DNA of 44,127 bases from NCBI GenBank assembly GCA_027448865.1, contig DAIDMR010000329.1:1-44127 (forward strand), given 5' to 3'. The first letter of the stretch is position 1, and every line of letters starts with the position of its first letter. Source of the stretch: Vampirovibrio sp. Its GTDB lineage: Bacteria; Cyanobacteriota; Vampirovibrionia; Vampirovibrionales; Vampirovibrionaceae. The notes beneath the pieces are model-generated. The model saw nothing but the letters and a program-made list of their open reading frames with translations. It made no database searches and had not been told where the DNA came from. The position numbers and the translations under genes are program-made. Positions 1-9,842 of this stretch are shown here, piece after piece.

Positions 1-1322
1 GGTACTTGGCGAAACACTGGGCTTTTCTTCATCCAGCGGTGCGTCAGGGTGGTTTGAAAGTCTATACCACCATGGATGAGCCCGTGCAGGAACTGGCCGA
101 AAAAGCACTTTATGACGAGATGGACAAGATCAAATACTCCGGCGCTTCGGAAGGCTCCTTCATCGTACAAAACCTGTCCAATGGGCATATTTTGGCATTG
201 GTGGGCGGCCGGGACTTTGAAAAGAACCAGTTCAACCACGCCACCCAGCAGCACCGTGCCATTGGTTCCACCTTCAAGCCGCTGGTGTACCTGACGGCCT
301 TCCGCCTGGGGCTGGTGTCTCCGGAAAGCCAGATTTCCGACAGCCCGGTGTGCTTTAACAACGGCTACAGCAACTGGTGCCCCCACAACTGGGACGGTCG
401 CTACATGGGTTCTATGACCATCCGCAAGGCCTTAACCCTCTCTCGCAACACCCCTACGGTTAAATTAGGGTTAAAAATGGGCATTGATCCGGTCATTGAG
501 ACCGCCCGACTGGCAGGCATCACCTCCCCCATTGATGCCAATTTCTCCAGCCTGCTGGGTTCCGCGGGGATTTCTCCGCTGGAGGTGATTACGGCCTACT
601 CCACCATCGCCCGTGGCGGTATTTACCTGCCGCCCACGGTATTAATGAAAGTGGAAGACAGCCGGGGACGGGAAATCCACCTGGAACGCCCCCAGCCGGA
701 GCGTCGCTTTGAAGAAGGGCCGGTCTACAACCTGATTTCCATTCTGCAAGACGTAGTGGAAAAAGGAACCGGTAAGAACGCCATTATTCCCGGTCGGGCC
801 GTGGCCGGAAAAACGGGTACCACCGATGAAATGCGGGACATCTGGTTCAGCGGCTTCACCGCCGATATGGTGGGTAGCGTGTGGATGGGCAACGACAAAT
901 ACGTGCCCCTGCGGGGCGTTTTCAGTTCCAACTCGGTGACAGTGTGGGGTAATTTTGCCCGGGAGTACTACAAAATGTACCCGATTCAGGCGGTTGAGTT
1001 TCCCAAGCCGCCCAAAATTCTGGTGGAAAAAAAGTATCTGGGGCCCAGACAGGAAAGTCCTGAAAGCGCAGCGCTGGATGAAGAAAAGCCCAGTGTTTCG
1101 CCAAGTACCCCCACCGCCAAGGCCCCTGCCGTGGACGACCCGGCGTATGGCTATTCTCCCTTGCATCCCGGCGCTGGTGGCATTCCCATGAATAACGACA
1201 ATAACAGCGGAGAACTCAAGCCCCTCATCGATCCCGGTGCCAATCGCCGTCCCGCGACGCTGGCCGCACCATTACCGGCAACCGGCGGGGCCAACACGAA
1301 CCCTGAAAGTGGTGTACACTAG
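1..1322 (+). CDS. Class A penicillin-binding protein (PBP1A family), transpeptidase domain; 5' part missing
   Basis: SxxK (GSTFKP), SxN (SRN) and KTG (KTGT) motifs; GGLKVYTT linker; Pro-rich C-terminal tail. Bases 1-38 are an inverted copy of 1072-1109 (see findings). Confidence 0.93.
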   Translation, partial: YLAKHWAFLHPAVRQGGLKVYTTMDEPVQELAEKALYDEMDKIKYSGASEGSFIVQNLSNGHILALVGGRDFEKNQFNHATQQHRAIGSTFKPLVYLTAFRLGLVSPESQISDSPVCFNNGYSNWCPHNWDGRYMGSMTIRKALTLSRNTPTVKLGLKMGIDPVIETARLAGITSPIDANFSSLLGSAGISPLEVITAYSTIARGGIYLPPTVLMKVEDSRGREIHLERPQPERRFEEGPVYNLISILQDVVEKGTGKNAIIPGRAVAGKTGTTDEMRDIWFSGFTADMVGSVWMGNDKYVPLRGVFSSNSVTVWGNFAREYYKMYPIQAVEFPKPPKILVEKKYLGPRQESPESAALDEEKPSVSPSTPTAKAPAVDDPAYGYSPLHPGAGGIPMNNDNNSGELKPLIDPGANRRPATLAAPLPATGGANTNPESGVH

Positions 1323-1326
1323 TGCT

Positions 1327-1896
1327 ATGAAGTATCACTTTGTGCCAGAAGAAACGCCTTATACAGGCAAGGAACTCAACAACCACTGGATTTACCGGAA
1401 CTACGGTATTCTGGGTGATTCTGTCGTGGCTTTTATCGGTCCCTGCGAAGTGGATCAGGACAGCATGGTCGATCTGGAAGACGTGCTGAATGATGACTAC
1501 ATTTATTCTAAAAAAATGCTGAATTTTATTGTGGAAGTGTTCGGCATCACCCTGCAGGAAGGCGTCCTGCTACAGCGCCTGTTCACCTCCATCATTCAGG
1601 ATCGCATCAACCTGTTAAACCCGGAAGCGCGTATCCGGCGGCGGGGAGATGATTTGTTTTTTGAGGACACCGCCAAGCTGTCCGTGTCGATTTGCACGCT
1701 CAGCCCCACCTCCATCCTGATCCATACCGGTATCAATATCGACCCGCAGGGCGCCCCGGTGGAAGCCTCTGGCCTGGCTACCGAGCTGGGCATGGGCGAT
1801 CAGGTAGAACCCTTCGCCCTGGCCTGCATGCGTACTTTGGCCGAAGAATGGGCCGACATCCGGTTATCCTGTTGTAAAGTCCGGGCCGTCGTCTAA
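1327..1896 (+). CDS. DUF366 family protein (lipoate/biotin-ligase-like fold)
   Basis: Motifs YTGxEL..HWIY..YGILGDSVVAFIGPC, MVDLED, RRGDDL, KLSVSI, IHTGINI; ATG 1327 just after the PBP stop. Confidence 0.8.
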   Translation: MKYHFVPEETPYTGKELNNHWIYRNYGILGDSVVAFIGPCEVDQDSMVDLEDVLNDDYIYSKKMLNFIVEVFGITLQEGVLLQRLFTSIIQDRINLLNPEARIRRRGDDLFFEDTAKLSVSICTLSPTSILIHTGINIDPQGAPVEASGLATELGMGDQVEPFALACMRTLAEEWADIRLSCCKVRAVV

Positions 1897-1959
1897 TTAG
1901 CCACAACCCTCGTAGTTCACACAGAAAGCAGAACCAAAAGCAGAAAGAGATTCAGTGTA

Positions 1960-2586
1960 ATGGGCCCCAAGAACTTATTAATCCTCTTTTTCTCCACCGT
2001 GGCCGTTTCCCTGGTGATTCTGATCATCTTTTTCAGCCTGTTTTTCAAAAACGTGAATCTGGACTTTAATACCCGCCTACCAGAATCGGCCCCAGACATT
2101 GGGGGCGCCTTCAACCAGACGTCCACCATGAGCCCCGACAGCAAGGCTGAGGGCCTGACGCGCTCCACGGTCAACGTGCCATCGGACTCCCGGGAGGTTG
2201 ACTTCAGCGGAAAACCGGCAGATGGCGGTAAAAAAGACGCTGACGAGCCCCCCATGGCTGGCGACGTCAATCTGCCTCCCATTTCGGATGATGCCTTGCT
2301 GGAAAACGAGTACCCTCAACCTTTACCGGATAAATTGCCCCCACCACCCACGGGTAACGAAAAACAAGCCCCCCCCTTCGGCCCCCCGGGTAACGATAAA
2401 ATCCCCGCTGGCGCCAGTGGCAATCGTTCTTCCATGACAGCCCCGCCCCCCCGTATACCTCGTTCCTCCCAGGGCCCCTCACAGGAAGTACGCCGAGAGA
2501 CACCTCCTGCACAGGCGATGCCCCAGACCATGGAAGCCCCCTTGGGCCCGGAGCCTGAAGCGCAACAAGGCCCGCCCGTACCCTGA
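1960..2586 (+). CDS. Hypothetical protein with N-terminal membrane anchor and Pro-rich disordered tail
   Basis: Hydrophobic segment at residues ~6-29, then low-complexity Pro-rich sequence. Confidence 0.7.
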   Translation: MGPKNLLILFFSTVAVSLVILIIFFSLFFKNVNLDFNTRLPESAPDIGGAFNQTSTMSPDSKAEGLTRSTVNVPSDSREVDFSGKPADGGKKDADEPPMAGDVNLPPISDDALLENEYPQPLPDKLPPPPTGNEKQAPPFGPPGNDKIPAGASGNRSSMTAPPPRIPRSSQGPSQEVRRETPPAQAMPQTMEAPLGPEPEAQQGPPVP

Positions 2587-2638
2587 AGCACCTAACCGGA
2601 CGCACGGTTAAATCAGACGGGAAAACGGACGGAAAAGT

Positions 2639-3042
2639 GAAAAGAGACAGCCATAAGCCGGGTTCTGTTGTAAACGATCATCTGTCTCGACTGGCTGTTT
2701 CCAGCCAGCTCTAGCGGGATACGGGAAGCGGACGAGCAGCCCTTGCAATTGAATGCGGCTTCCATTGGAGACTTGCAAACAGTTGCCTACAGTATCTCCG
2801 GCACCTTGCACCTGTCGGGGTTTACCTGGCCAGGGCCTCTCGACCCTGCCGGTGGGCTCTTACTCCACCGTTGCACCCTTACCTGTGCCTTGCCTTGCGG
2901 CTCGGCCATCGGCGGTCATCATTTCTGTGGCACTATCCTCACGGTCGCCCGCACCGGGCGTTACCCGGCTACATGCTCTGTGGTGCCCGGACTTTCCTCA
3001 GGCGTAGCGCGTACGCCCGCGATCGTTTGTCCGTCTCTTTTC
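2639..3042 (-). ncRNA. rnpB: RNase P RNA (type A)
   Basis: Minus strand carries GAGGAAAGTCCGGGC near the 5' end and ACAGAACCCGGCTTA near the 3' end; P1 helix GAAAAGAGACGG/CTGTCTCTTTTC; about 404 nt. Confidence 0.97.
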
Positions 3043-3210
3043 AGGGGTCATCATACCCCCTTTGCATAAAACTGTATAGGGTGCGTCAGGTCAAAAACTA
3101 TCAACATTTTTGAGGTTTCGGGTTTTAAATAATTAAGTGTGTCGTCTGTTGAATCAATCGACGTATAATTTTGACGTTGTTGGTTTAGTTCGAAGTTAGG
3201 AAAACCAGTT

Positions 3211-3507
3211 ATGCTTCCCTCTGTGGGCTTTTCTTTATTTCCGACCAACTTGGCCATTGATAGTGCCGGTGCAGCTTTTGGCGCCAATCAGGCCCGAATG
3301 GCTCTGGCCAACACCGCCCCCACCGATGGTAATCCAGCCAGCGTCGCCTCTTTGGCCGCGCAGGATAAAGCGCTGACCTTGCAGGGAATTAGCGCCCAAA
3401 CCAACTACCTGGTGGCCCAGGCCATGCAGGAAGGCGGTCGGGGACTGCTGAAAAAGAATTTTGAGCAACGGCAGCGCATGATGGATAGCGGAGCGCTATT
3501 CTTCTAA
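3211..3507 (+). CDS. Small hypothetical protein (98 aa, Ala/Gln-rich, helical)
   Basis: ATG ORF after an AT-rich promoter-like region; GC-rich third codon positions. Confidence 0.65.
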   Translation: MLPSVGFSLFPTNLAIDSAGAAFGANQARMALANTAPTDGNPASVASLAAQDKALTLQGISAQTNYLVAQAMQEGGRGLLKKNFEQRQRMMDSGALFF

Positions 3508-3555
3508 ATCGCCCGTGAAATGCGTTCATGGCAAAGCCGCCAGGTTCTACTTGCG

Positions 3556-4407
3556 TTAAAACGCAGTGGTCACAATGGGCATGTGCTGACCCGACAGGTT
3601 GGGAAAGACCATCAGCTTGCCGTCATCATCCCGCCAGCGTACCCAACCGATAGGGGTGTTGCGCTCAAAATCCAGCACTTCCACCAGTAGCCAGTTGCCA
3701 CGCACATGCTTGACCTTTAAATCCCGGATTATGGTCACCGGAATGAGTTTGGCCTCATCCGTATCGCTACTGCGAATGGAGCGATAGTATTCTTTCACCC
3801 CGGTTAGCCAGTAAATTCCGTGGGCCTTGGCATTCAGCTTCATAAACTCCTGCCAGGTCTGGTAAACCCCAAAATGGGCAGGTTCCGCAGCCGCCATTTT
3901 GGAGCCGGACTGGGCGCTGGCTGGACTGGCCGCCGGTTCCGGTTGCAGCCGGGTTTGCACCCAGCCGGTTTTACCACTGGCCTGATCGTAGATGACCTCC
4001 ACCCAGCCATCGTCCGTATCGCTGGTCACGGCCATCATAGCCACATCCAGCAGGGGATAGAAACAGAAGAAAGTATGATCGGCGTAAATGGCATGGCGAT
4101 CGCCAGCCGGAGAAATCCACTCAATATTGTTGCCGCTGGTTTTTCGGCTCCAGCGAATCGCCCCGATGGGTTCCGCGCCTGCCTTTGGCTCACTGTAGAG
4201 GGTAAAGGCATAGGGGGCAAAGAAGATGCCATTACCGTAACTGTATCCGCTTTGATAGCGCTGTGGGGCGAAGCCGTACCCATTGCCAGCCGCCTGGGCC
4301 ACCGGAGCCAGCGGGGGAATCGTCACAAACAGGCTAAAAACCGTGACGGTCATTGCCATCACTGCCCACAAGGGTCGCTTTAAACGCTGGTAAATGCATT
4401 GCATCAA
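3556..4407 (-). CDS. Exported hypothetical protein with two SH3b-like segments
   Basis: Signal peptide (..AQA); GWVEV..KTGWV and GNWLLV..IGWV patterns. Confidence 0.7.
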   Translation of the reverse strand: MMQCIYQRLKRPLWAVMAMTVTVFSLFVTIPPLAPVAQAAGNGYGFAPQRYQSGYSYGNGIFFAPYAFTLYSEPKAGAEPIGAIRWSRKTSGNNIEWISPAGDRHAIYADHTFFCFYPLLDVAMMAVTSDTDDGWVEVIYDQASGKTGWVQTRLQPEPAASPASAQSGSKMAAAEPAHFGVYQTWQEFMKLNAKAHGIYWLTGVKEYYRSIRSSDTDEAKLIPVTIIRDLKVKHVRGNWLLVEVLDFERNTPIGWVRWRDDDGKLMVFPNLSGQHMPIVTTAF

Positions 4408-4593
4408 CCGATTCTCCCCAGCTTAGGAAACCATGTTACTGACCGCTGACCCGACGGGCCTTCTGCCCCGATGAAAAGGGTTCGACTTCCCAGTTCGTGC
4501 CTGATACTATGCTTTTCTATTCTTTTTTTTATTTATTATCCCCTTTTTAAACGCATTGGCCACCCCTTGGCTGGTGGAGAAACCGAAACGCCC

Positions 4594-5262
4594 ATGAAAA
4601 TCCTGACCGCCGATTACATCATCAGCGCCCCCAGCCTGAAGGACTGCCCCGACTTTCAGGGATGCCCGGAAATTGTGCTGGTAGGCCGCTCCAACGTGGG
4701 CAAATCCTCCTTTATCAACAGCCTGACCCAGCGCAAAAATCTGGCCCGCACCAGCAACACCCCCGGAAAAACCCGCTACATCAACTTCTACGATGTCAAC
4801 TACGCCAAAACCAAGTCCAGCAAGGACAAAGTCATGATGGTGGACTTGCCCGGCTACGGCTTCGCCAAAATTTCCAAAACCGAGCAGGAGAAATGGCGCA
4901 GGAATCTGGAAGCCTATTTGTCCAAACGAGAGAGTATTCGGATGGTTATCCAGCTGATTGATTCCCGCCATGGCCCCCAGGATAACGATATCCAGATGTA
5001 TGAATGGCTTCAGTACAACGGCAGGCGGGTTCAGGTAATCCTCACCAAAACGGACAAGCTGTCCAAGAACGAAGTGGCCAAACAAATGGCCCTATCCGCC
5101 CGGGCCCTGGATTTGAGCGCCAGTGATTTAATCGCCTTTTCCGCCGAAACCAACGCCGGGCGCGATCAAGCCTGGGCGGCCCTTCTGGAAGCCTTGTCCA
5201 TCCCCCAGCGACCCACCCTCGATAATGACGGCGAGCACTCGGCAGAAGATTTGGCCGAATAA
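4594..5262 (+). CDS. engB: Ribosome biogenesis GTPase EngB/YihA/YsxC
   Basis: GRSNVGKSS, TPGKT, DLPGYG and TKTDK motifs; ATG 4594 preferred. Confidence 0.96.
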   Translation: MKILTADYIISAPSLKDCPDFQGCPEIVLVGRSNVGKSSFINSLTQRKNLARTSNTPGKTRYINFYDVNYAKTKSSKDKVMMVDLPGYGFAKISKTEQEKWRRNLEAYLSKRESIRMVIQLIDSRHGPQDNDIQMYEWLQYNGRRVQVILTKTDKLSKNEVAKQMALSARALDLSASDLIAFSAETNAGRDQAWAALLEALSIPQRPTLDNDGEHSAEDLAE

Positions 5263-5369
5263 ACGACGACTTACGCTGGTGCCAGCTTCAGCTTTTGTTT
5301 GAAAACGGGGTTTGTTCCAGCTACGCTATGGGGATATTTCAATGATTCAATCCAGAAAAGGAGCATCCC

Positions 5370-6185
5370 ATGCCTGCCACTGAAGTCAATGAAGTCCCTC
5401 AAGCCGCCGTTAAAGGCTTATTGGCCGGAAAAACCGGCTTAATCTTTGGGGTGGCCCACAAAACCAGCATCGCCTGGGCCATTGCCCAAGCCCTCAGCGC
5501 CGCTGGCATGCGGTTGGCCTTCACCTACCAGGGCGAGCGCCTGGAAAAGAACGTGCGTGAGCTGGCGGAAACGCTGGAAGGCTCCCTGATTTTGCCCTGC
5601 GACGTCACCAACGACGCTGAAATCCAGTCCGTGTTCGACGCCGTGGGCCAGGAATTTGGCCAACTGGACACCCTGGTACACAGCGTGGCCTTCGCCAAAA
5701 AAGAAGATCTGTCCGGCTCCTTTGTAGATACGTCTCGTGATGGCTACCTGCTGGCCCAGGACATCAGCGCCTATTCCCTGACCGCTTTGACCAAGGCCGC
5801 GGTTCCTCTGTTTGAAAAAGCCGGTGGTGGCAGCGTGGTGACCTTAACCTATCTGGGTGGGGAGCGTGTGGTGGAAAACTACAACGTGATGGGCGTGGCC
5901 AAAGCCGCTTTGGAGATGAGCGTGCGCTATCTGGCCGCCGATTTGGGCCAGAAAAACATTCGGGTGAATGCCATTTCCGCAGGCCCCATTAAAACCTTGG
6001 CTGCCCGTGGCATTTCCGGATTCTCCAATATTCTGGGATACATGGAAGAGCACACCCCCCTCAAGCGGAACACCGAAACCGGCGAAGTGGCCGATACGGC
6101 ATTGTTCCTGGCCAGCCATCTGTCCCGTGGCGTCACCGGGGAAGTCATCCACGTGGATTCCGGCTTCCACATCATGGGTTTCTAG
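5370..6185 (+). CDS. fabI: Enoyl-ACP reductase FabI
   Basis: SIAWAIA, YNVMGVAKAALE, VNAISAGPIKTLA; AAGGAG SD. Confidence 0.97.
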   Translation: MPATEVNEVPQAAVKGLLAGKTGLIFGVAHKTSIAWAIAQALSAAGMRLAFTYQGERLEKNVRELAETLEGSLILPCDVTNDAEIQSVFDAVGQEFGQLDTLVHSVAFAKKEDLSGSFVDTSRDGYLLAQDISAYSLTALTKAAVPLFEKAGGGSVVTLTYLGGERVVENYNVMGVAKAALEMSVRYLAADLGQKNIRVNAISAGPIKTLAARGISGFSNILGYMEEHTPLKRNTETGEVADTALFLASHLSRGVTGEVIHVDSGFHIMGF

Positions 6186-6213
6186 ACGGTCTCCAAAAAA
6201 ATCGCACCCTTTC

Positions 6214-6245
6214 AAAGCCCGCTTCTGATACCAGTGGCGGGCTTT
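6214..6245. terminator. Probable bidirectional intrinsic terminator between fabI and smtA
   Basis: AAAGCCCGC...GCGGGCTTT hairpin between convergent genes. Confidence 0.6.
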
Positions 6246-6275
6246 GAGCGTAATTTTTTGAGCAAAAAAAGACAG

Positions 6276-6500
6276 TTATGAATGAGAGTCGGTTCGTTCT
6301 GCCGACACTTTGCCCATGTCATCGGTGGGCAAGGAGTAACAGGTGCAATTGGCGTGCCCGCAGCCCGGATAGTTCTGGTGGCCTTCGGCGCATTGCTTGC
6401 CGCAATAATAAAGACCGCCCTTAATGACCACACCGGGGTCCTGATGATCCACCTCGCACAAACAGCGGGGACAAGCGCAAACTTCCATAATCGTTGTCAT
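6276..6500 (-). CDS. smtA: Bacterial metallothionein (SmtA/BmtA family)
   Basis: CACPRCLC..GLYYC...CAEGH...GCGH.NCTC matches the cyanobacterial SmtA Cys/His pattern. Confidence 0.92.
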   Translation of the reverse strand: MTTIMEVCACPRCLCEVDHQDPGVVIKGGLYYCGKQCAEGHQNYPGCGHANCTCYSLPTDDMGKVSAERTDSHS

Positions 6501-6542
6501 TCCCAAACCCTCCCGTTCAAAATCCCGACCTCGGCAGTCCGT

Positions 6543-7370
6543 TTAATCCGACGCCCCCCTTTCCCGCATCCGGTTTCCTGCGGGATCAAACCCCTGCGGG
6601 AAGCGAGTCCGTCCGTCATAGACCGCTCCGGCCAGCAAAGCCTGGCTTAAATGGCTCCCCTCATCAAAACTGGTATCGCATACATCGGCCTTTTCCAGAT
6701 GGGACTCCACCAGATCGGTTCCCTGAAAATAGGCGTGCCGCATGTTGGCCTCTTGCAAGTTACCCTGGTGCATGGGCACCCCTTCAAAATGGGCGCCTTC
6801 CATATTGGCCTGAGACAGATCCACATCCACCATGCTGGAAGGGTTACCCTGTAAGGCCATCAAATGCCCTTCATGTCCCATATCCATGCGAAACAAATTG
6901 GCCTGATGCAGGTTCACCTGTTTCAGCCGGGCACCTTCCAGATCCGCTCCGCTCAGGTTGGCGCCCATCAGGTTGGTACCGGATAAAAGGGCATTAAACA
7001 GGGTGGTACCAGTTAAATCGGCCCCTTGCAGATTGGCATTGGTCAGATCCACGCCGGTTAAAATGGCGTTAAAAATTTTGGCCCCTTGCAAGTCAGCCCC
7101 GATTAAAGAAGCGCCTTTTAAAACCGCGCTGGATAGATCGGCGCCCACCAAACTGGCCCCGTCCAAAATGGCTGCGGATAAGTCCGCGTTGACCAAACTG
7201 GCCTGATTGAAATTGGCATGACCAAGGCTGGCTTGCTTAAAATTGGCTTCATCCAGGGTAGCCTTGGCAAAGTTGGCCTCATGCAAATAAGCGCTCTCAA
7301 AAACAGCTCGAGACAACCGTGCGTACGCATAATTCACCGCTTCCAAATGCTGTCCCTTGCAGCAGCGCAT
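6543..7370 (-). CDS. Pentapeptide repeat protein
   Basis: Tandem A(N/D)LxX repeats; C-terminal AVYDGRTRFPQGFDP cap. ATG 7370 has a GGGGAG SD; the ORF is open to 7532. Confidence 0.9.
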   Translation of the reverse strand: MRCCKGQHLEAVNYAYARLSRAVFESAYLHEANFAKATLDEANFKQASLGHANFNQASLVNADLSAAILDGASLVGADLSSAVLKGASLIGADLQGAKIFNAILTGVDLTNANLQGADLTGTTLFNALLSGTNLMGANLSGADLEGARLKQVNLHQANLFRMDMGHEGHLMALQGNPSSMVDVDLSQANMEGAHFEGVPMHQGNLQEANMRHAYFQGTDLVESHLEKADVCDTSFDEGSHLSQALLAGAVYDGRTRFPQGFDPAGNRMRERGASD

Positions 7371-7580
7371 GGCTGAGTCTCCCCTGAGTTGACGACTGGA
7401 ACGTGCAGGATTTTCAGAATTCAGTCTAGCACTTTGCCCAAAACCCGCCATTCGCCACTCGGACATTTCGACGGTTGAAAGTCCTTGGTGGAAAAGCTCA
7501 GGTGAAGCTGCCTCTGCAAAGCCTCGATCCACAGCGCCTTTTCCGGGCGTCCTCTAGCAGCATTAAAAAGGCCTGAGCCC

Positions 7581-8678
7581 TTACAAGCCCCGCAACCGTT
7601 CCGCCGGAGAAATAATGCTGGTAATCCGCAAGCCAAAGTTATCTTCAATGACCACCACTTCACCCTTGGCGATCAACTTGCCATTGGCCATTAAATCCAC
7701 CGGCTCCCCGGCAATGCGATCCAGTTCAATGACTGACCCTCGGGTCAACTCCAGCACGTCCTTAATGGGTAACTCGGTTCTACCCAGCTCCACGGTCAGG
7801 TTGAGCGTCACATCCATGACCAGAGAGAGATTCTTGTTCTCCTCACCATACACATTGGGCTGATGATCGAACGACCCAAATTCCACCGGACGAACGGTCA
7901 CCGGATCCACGTGAACCCCACTCCCAACTGCGGAGCGAGCATGGGGTGTGGCGGTTCCAGCCATGGCCGGTTGAGGCTCTGCGTGCGCACTGATCTGGGC
8001 AGACGCGGGAGCCTCCATATCCCTGGCGGCAGCATCCATAGTAGCCATTTCGGGCCCACCCCGGGCGGCGTCAATGGACATAAACAGGGCCACCTGCTCT
8101 TTCAACTCCGATGACACCCGAAGCTCCATCATTTCCAGCACCGTTTCCTGGTTGGCCTTCATCTGTAAATTGGTCAACACAAACGGTTCCGATAAAACCT
8201 TGGGCAAGCACTGGGCCAGCATATCGCTGGAATAGGCAATCACTTCCGGGTTGTTGATTTCCACGGTTTCATGCAACACAGAGGCCATCCCGGTGGCTGC
8301 CGAATTCATCATCTGACTCATCAACTCGCCCACAGCGCCCAGTTGCAGCTCGGTCAATTCCTCATCACTGCCTTCCTCCGTGCTGCCCAGCATCATGCCA
8401 GCCAGCTTGCGCACATCGGAGTTTTTAACGATGTACAGGGCCGTGGTAAAAATCCCTTTGACAAACTGCACCATGATGATGGTCTTGGGCGCATCCCCAA
8501 AGGGAATATCCATGCCCGCCAGATTCTCGTATTCACTAATCTGGGGCGGGGCAATCTCAATCTCCTGACCCACCAGAATGCCCAGCGTGGAACCGGCCGC
8601 ACCCATGGCGATACTGGATACTTCGCTAATCGCGTCAAGTTCTTCTTTGCTTAAACCGCCATTCAACTCGTTCATCAC
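7581..8678 (-). CDS. fliY: Flagellar switch protein FliY/FliN (CheC-like domain plus FliN domain)
   Basis: N-terminal CheC-like repeats; C-terminal FliN domain (VELGRT..GSVIELDRIAGEPVD..GEVVVIEDNFGLRIT). Confidence 0.92.
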   Translation of the reverse strand: MMNELNGGLSKEELDAISEVSSIAMGAAGSTLGILVGQEIEIAPPQISEYENLAGMDIPFGDAPKTIIMVQFVKGIFTTALYIVKNSDVRKLAGMMLGSTEEGSDEELTELQLGAVGELMSQMMNSAATGMASVLHETVEINNPEVIAYSSDMLAQCLPKVLSEPFVLTNLQMKANQETVLEMMELRVSSELKEQVALFMSIDAARGGPEMATMDAAARDMEAPASAQISAHAEPQPAMAGTATPHARSAVGSGVHVDPVTVRPVEFGSFDHQPNVYGEENKNLSLVMDVTLNLTVELGRTELPIKDVLELTRGSVIELDRIAGEPVDLMANGKLIAKGEVVVIEDNFGLRITSIISPAERLRGL

Positions 8679-9718
8679 AGGCCAAATCCCTCAATCGATT
8701 CCTCAATTTCCACACTGTCATACATATACACGGCCAGCTTGTCTTTCAACCGCCCGGGACGACAATAAAACTTGGGGCGTCCATTCACACAGGCCAGCAA
8801 ATCATCGGTGGCGGCCCTGTCCAGACGAATGACATCCCCCACCGAAAGGCCCAGCAAATCGCCCACGGTTAATTCGGTTCCACCCAGCAACACCTGAATG
8901 GGAATTTTGGCGTAATTCAGTTTTTGCAGAATTTTTTCCTGCTCTTCAAACGGAATATTAGACTGCTGACGGTGGAAAATATGCTGGGCGCTCAGCTGAC
9001 TAATCACCCCTTCCAGCACCGGGTAGGGAATACACAGACTGATCAGGCCGGAATGCTTGTTGCCCAGATTCACTTCAAAGGTAATCAGGGCCACAATCTC
9101 TCCGGGGGTAGCCACCTGAATCAGGGCGTAACTTTCCTCAAAGCCCACCATACTGGCGTTCACATTCATCATGGAGCGCCACGCCTCTTCCAGCGATAAA
9201 ATGGCCCGATCCAGCACCCGCCGGATCAGGGACTGCTCAATATCGGTCAACTCACGGGCCTTGGCCTCCGGGGTGCCCGGCCCGCCCAGCATGCGATCAA
9301 TCACGCTGGAGGTGACTTCATAACCAAATCCCAACAAAACTTGTCCTGGCAACGGGTCCAGCTCCAGAATGCTGACGGTCATGGGACTGGGCATGGAACG
9401 CACAAATTCGTCGTAAGTCAGCTGATCAACGGAAACCACGTCAATTTCCACGGTCATCCGTAAATAAGCGGTCAGCACCAGCCCCAACTGCCGGGCAAAA
9501 CTCTCGTGGATGGTTTGCAGGGCTCGTAAGTGATCCTTGGAAAATTTATCGGGTCGGCGAAAATTGTACAGCTTATAATTGCGTTTCTCGTGATGCACAG
9601 AAGGCATGGAGGGTTCAGCACCCAGTGCGGCAGTGCCGGTGCCGGGCGCTGGCGCGTTTTGATCCACTCCCACGGAGAGGGAGGAAAGCAGGCTATCAAT
9701 TTCTTCTTGAGATAGCAT
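8675..9718 (-). CDS. fliM: Flagellar motor switch protein FliM
   Basis: LSQEEIDSLL CheY-binding N-terminus; YNFRRPDKFSKD; MLGGPG; ELTDIE. Confidence 0.97.
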   Translation of the reverse strand: MLSQEEIDSLLSSLSVGVDQNAPAPGTGTAALGAEPSMPSVHHEKRNYKLYNFRRPDKFSKDHLRALQTIHESFARQLGLVLTAYLRMTVEIDVVSVDQLTYDEFVRSMPSPMTVSILELDPLPGQVLLGFGYEVTSSVIDRMLGGPGTPEAKARELTDIEQSLIRRVLDRAILSLEEAWRSMMNVNASMVGFEESYALIQVATPGEIVALITFEVNLGNKHSGLISLCIPYPVLEGVISQLSAQHIFHRQQSNIPFEEQEKILQKLNYAKIPIQVLLGGTELTVGDLLGLSVGDVIRLDRAATDDLLACVNGRPKFYCRPGRLKDKLAVYMYDSVEIEESIEGFGL

Positions 9719-9842
9719 TCAGAATCGATGAACCTCTGTCAATTTCCACTGATGACCGATAACCGTGAACCTGTAAACCAAAACCGGATGAAATCCGATG
9801 CCAGAGCGCTTTTTCCGCAGGGCGTCCTGAAGTCTTTATACC

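Noticed and set aside
2743-3113. ORFs at 2743-3069, 2753-3007 and 2871-3113
   Set aside because: They lie antisense to the RNase P RNA gene and are spurious
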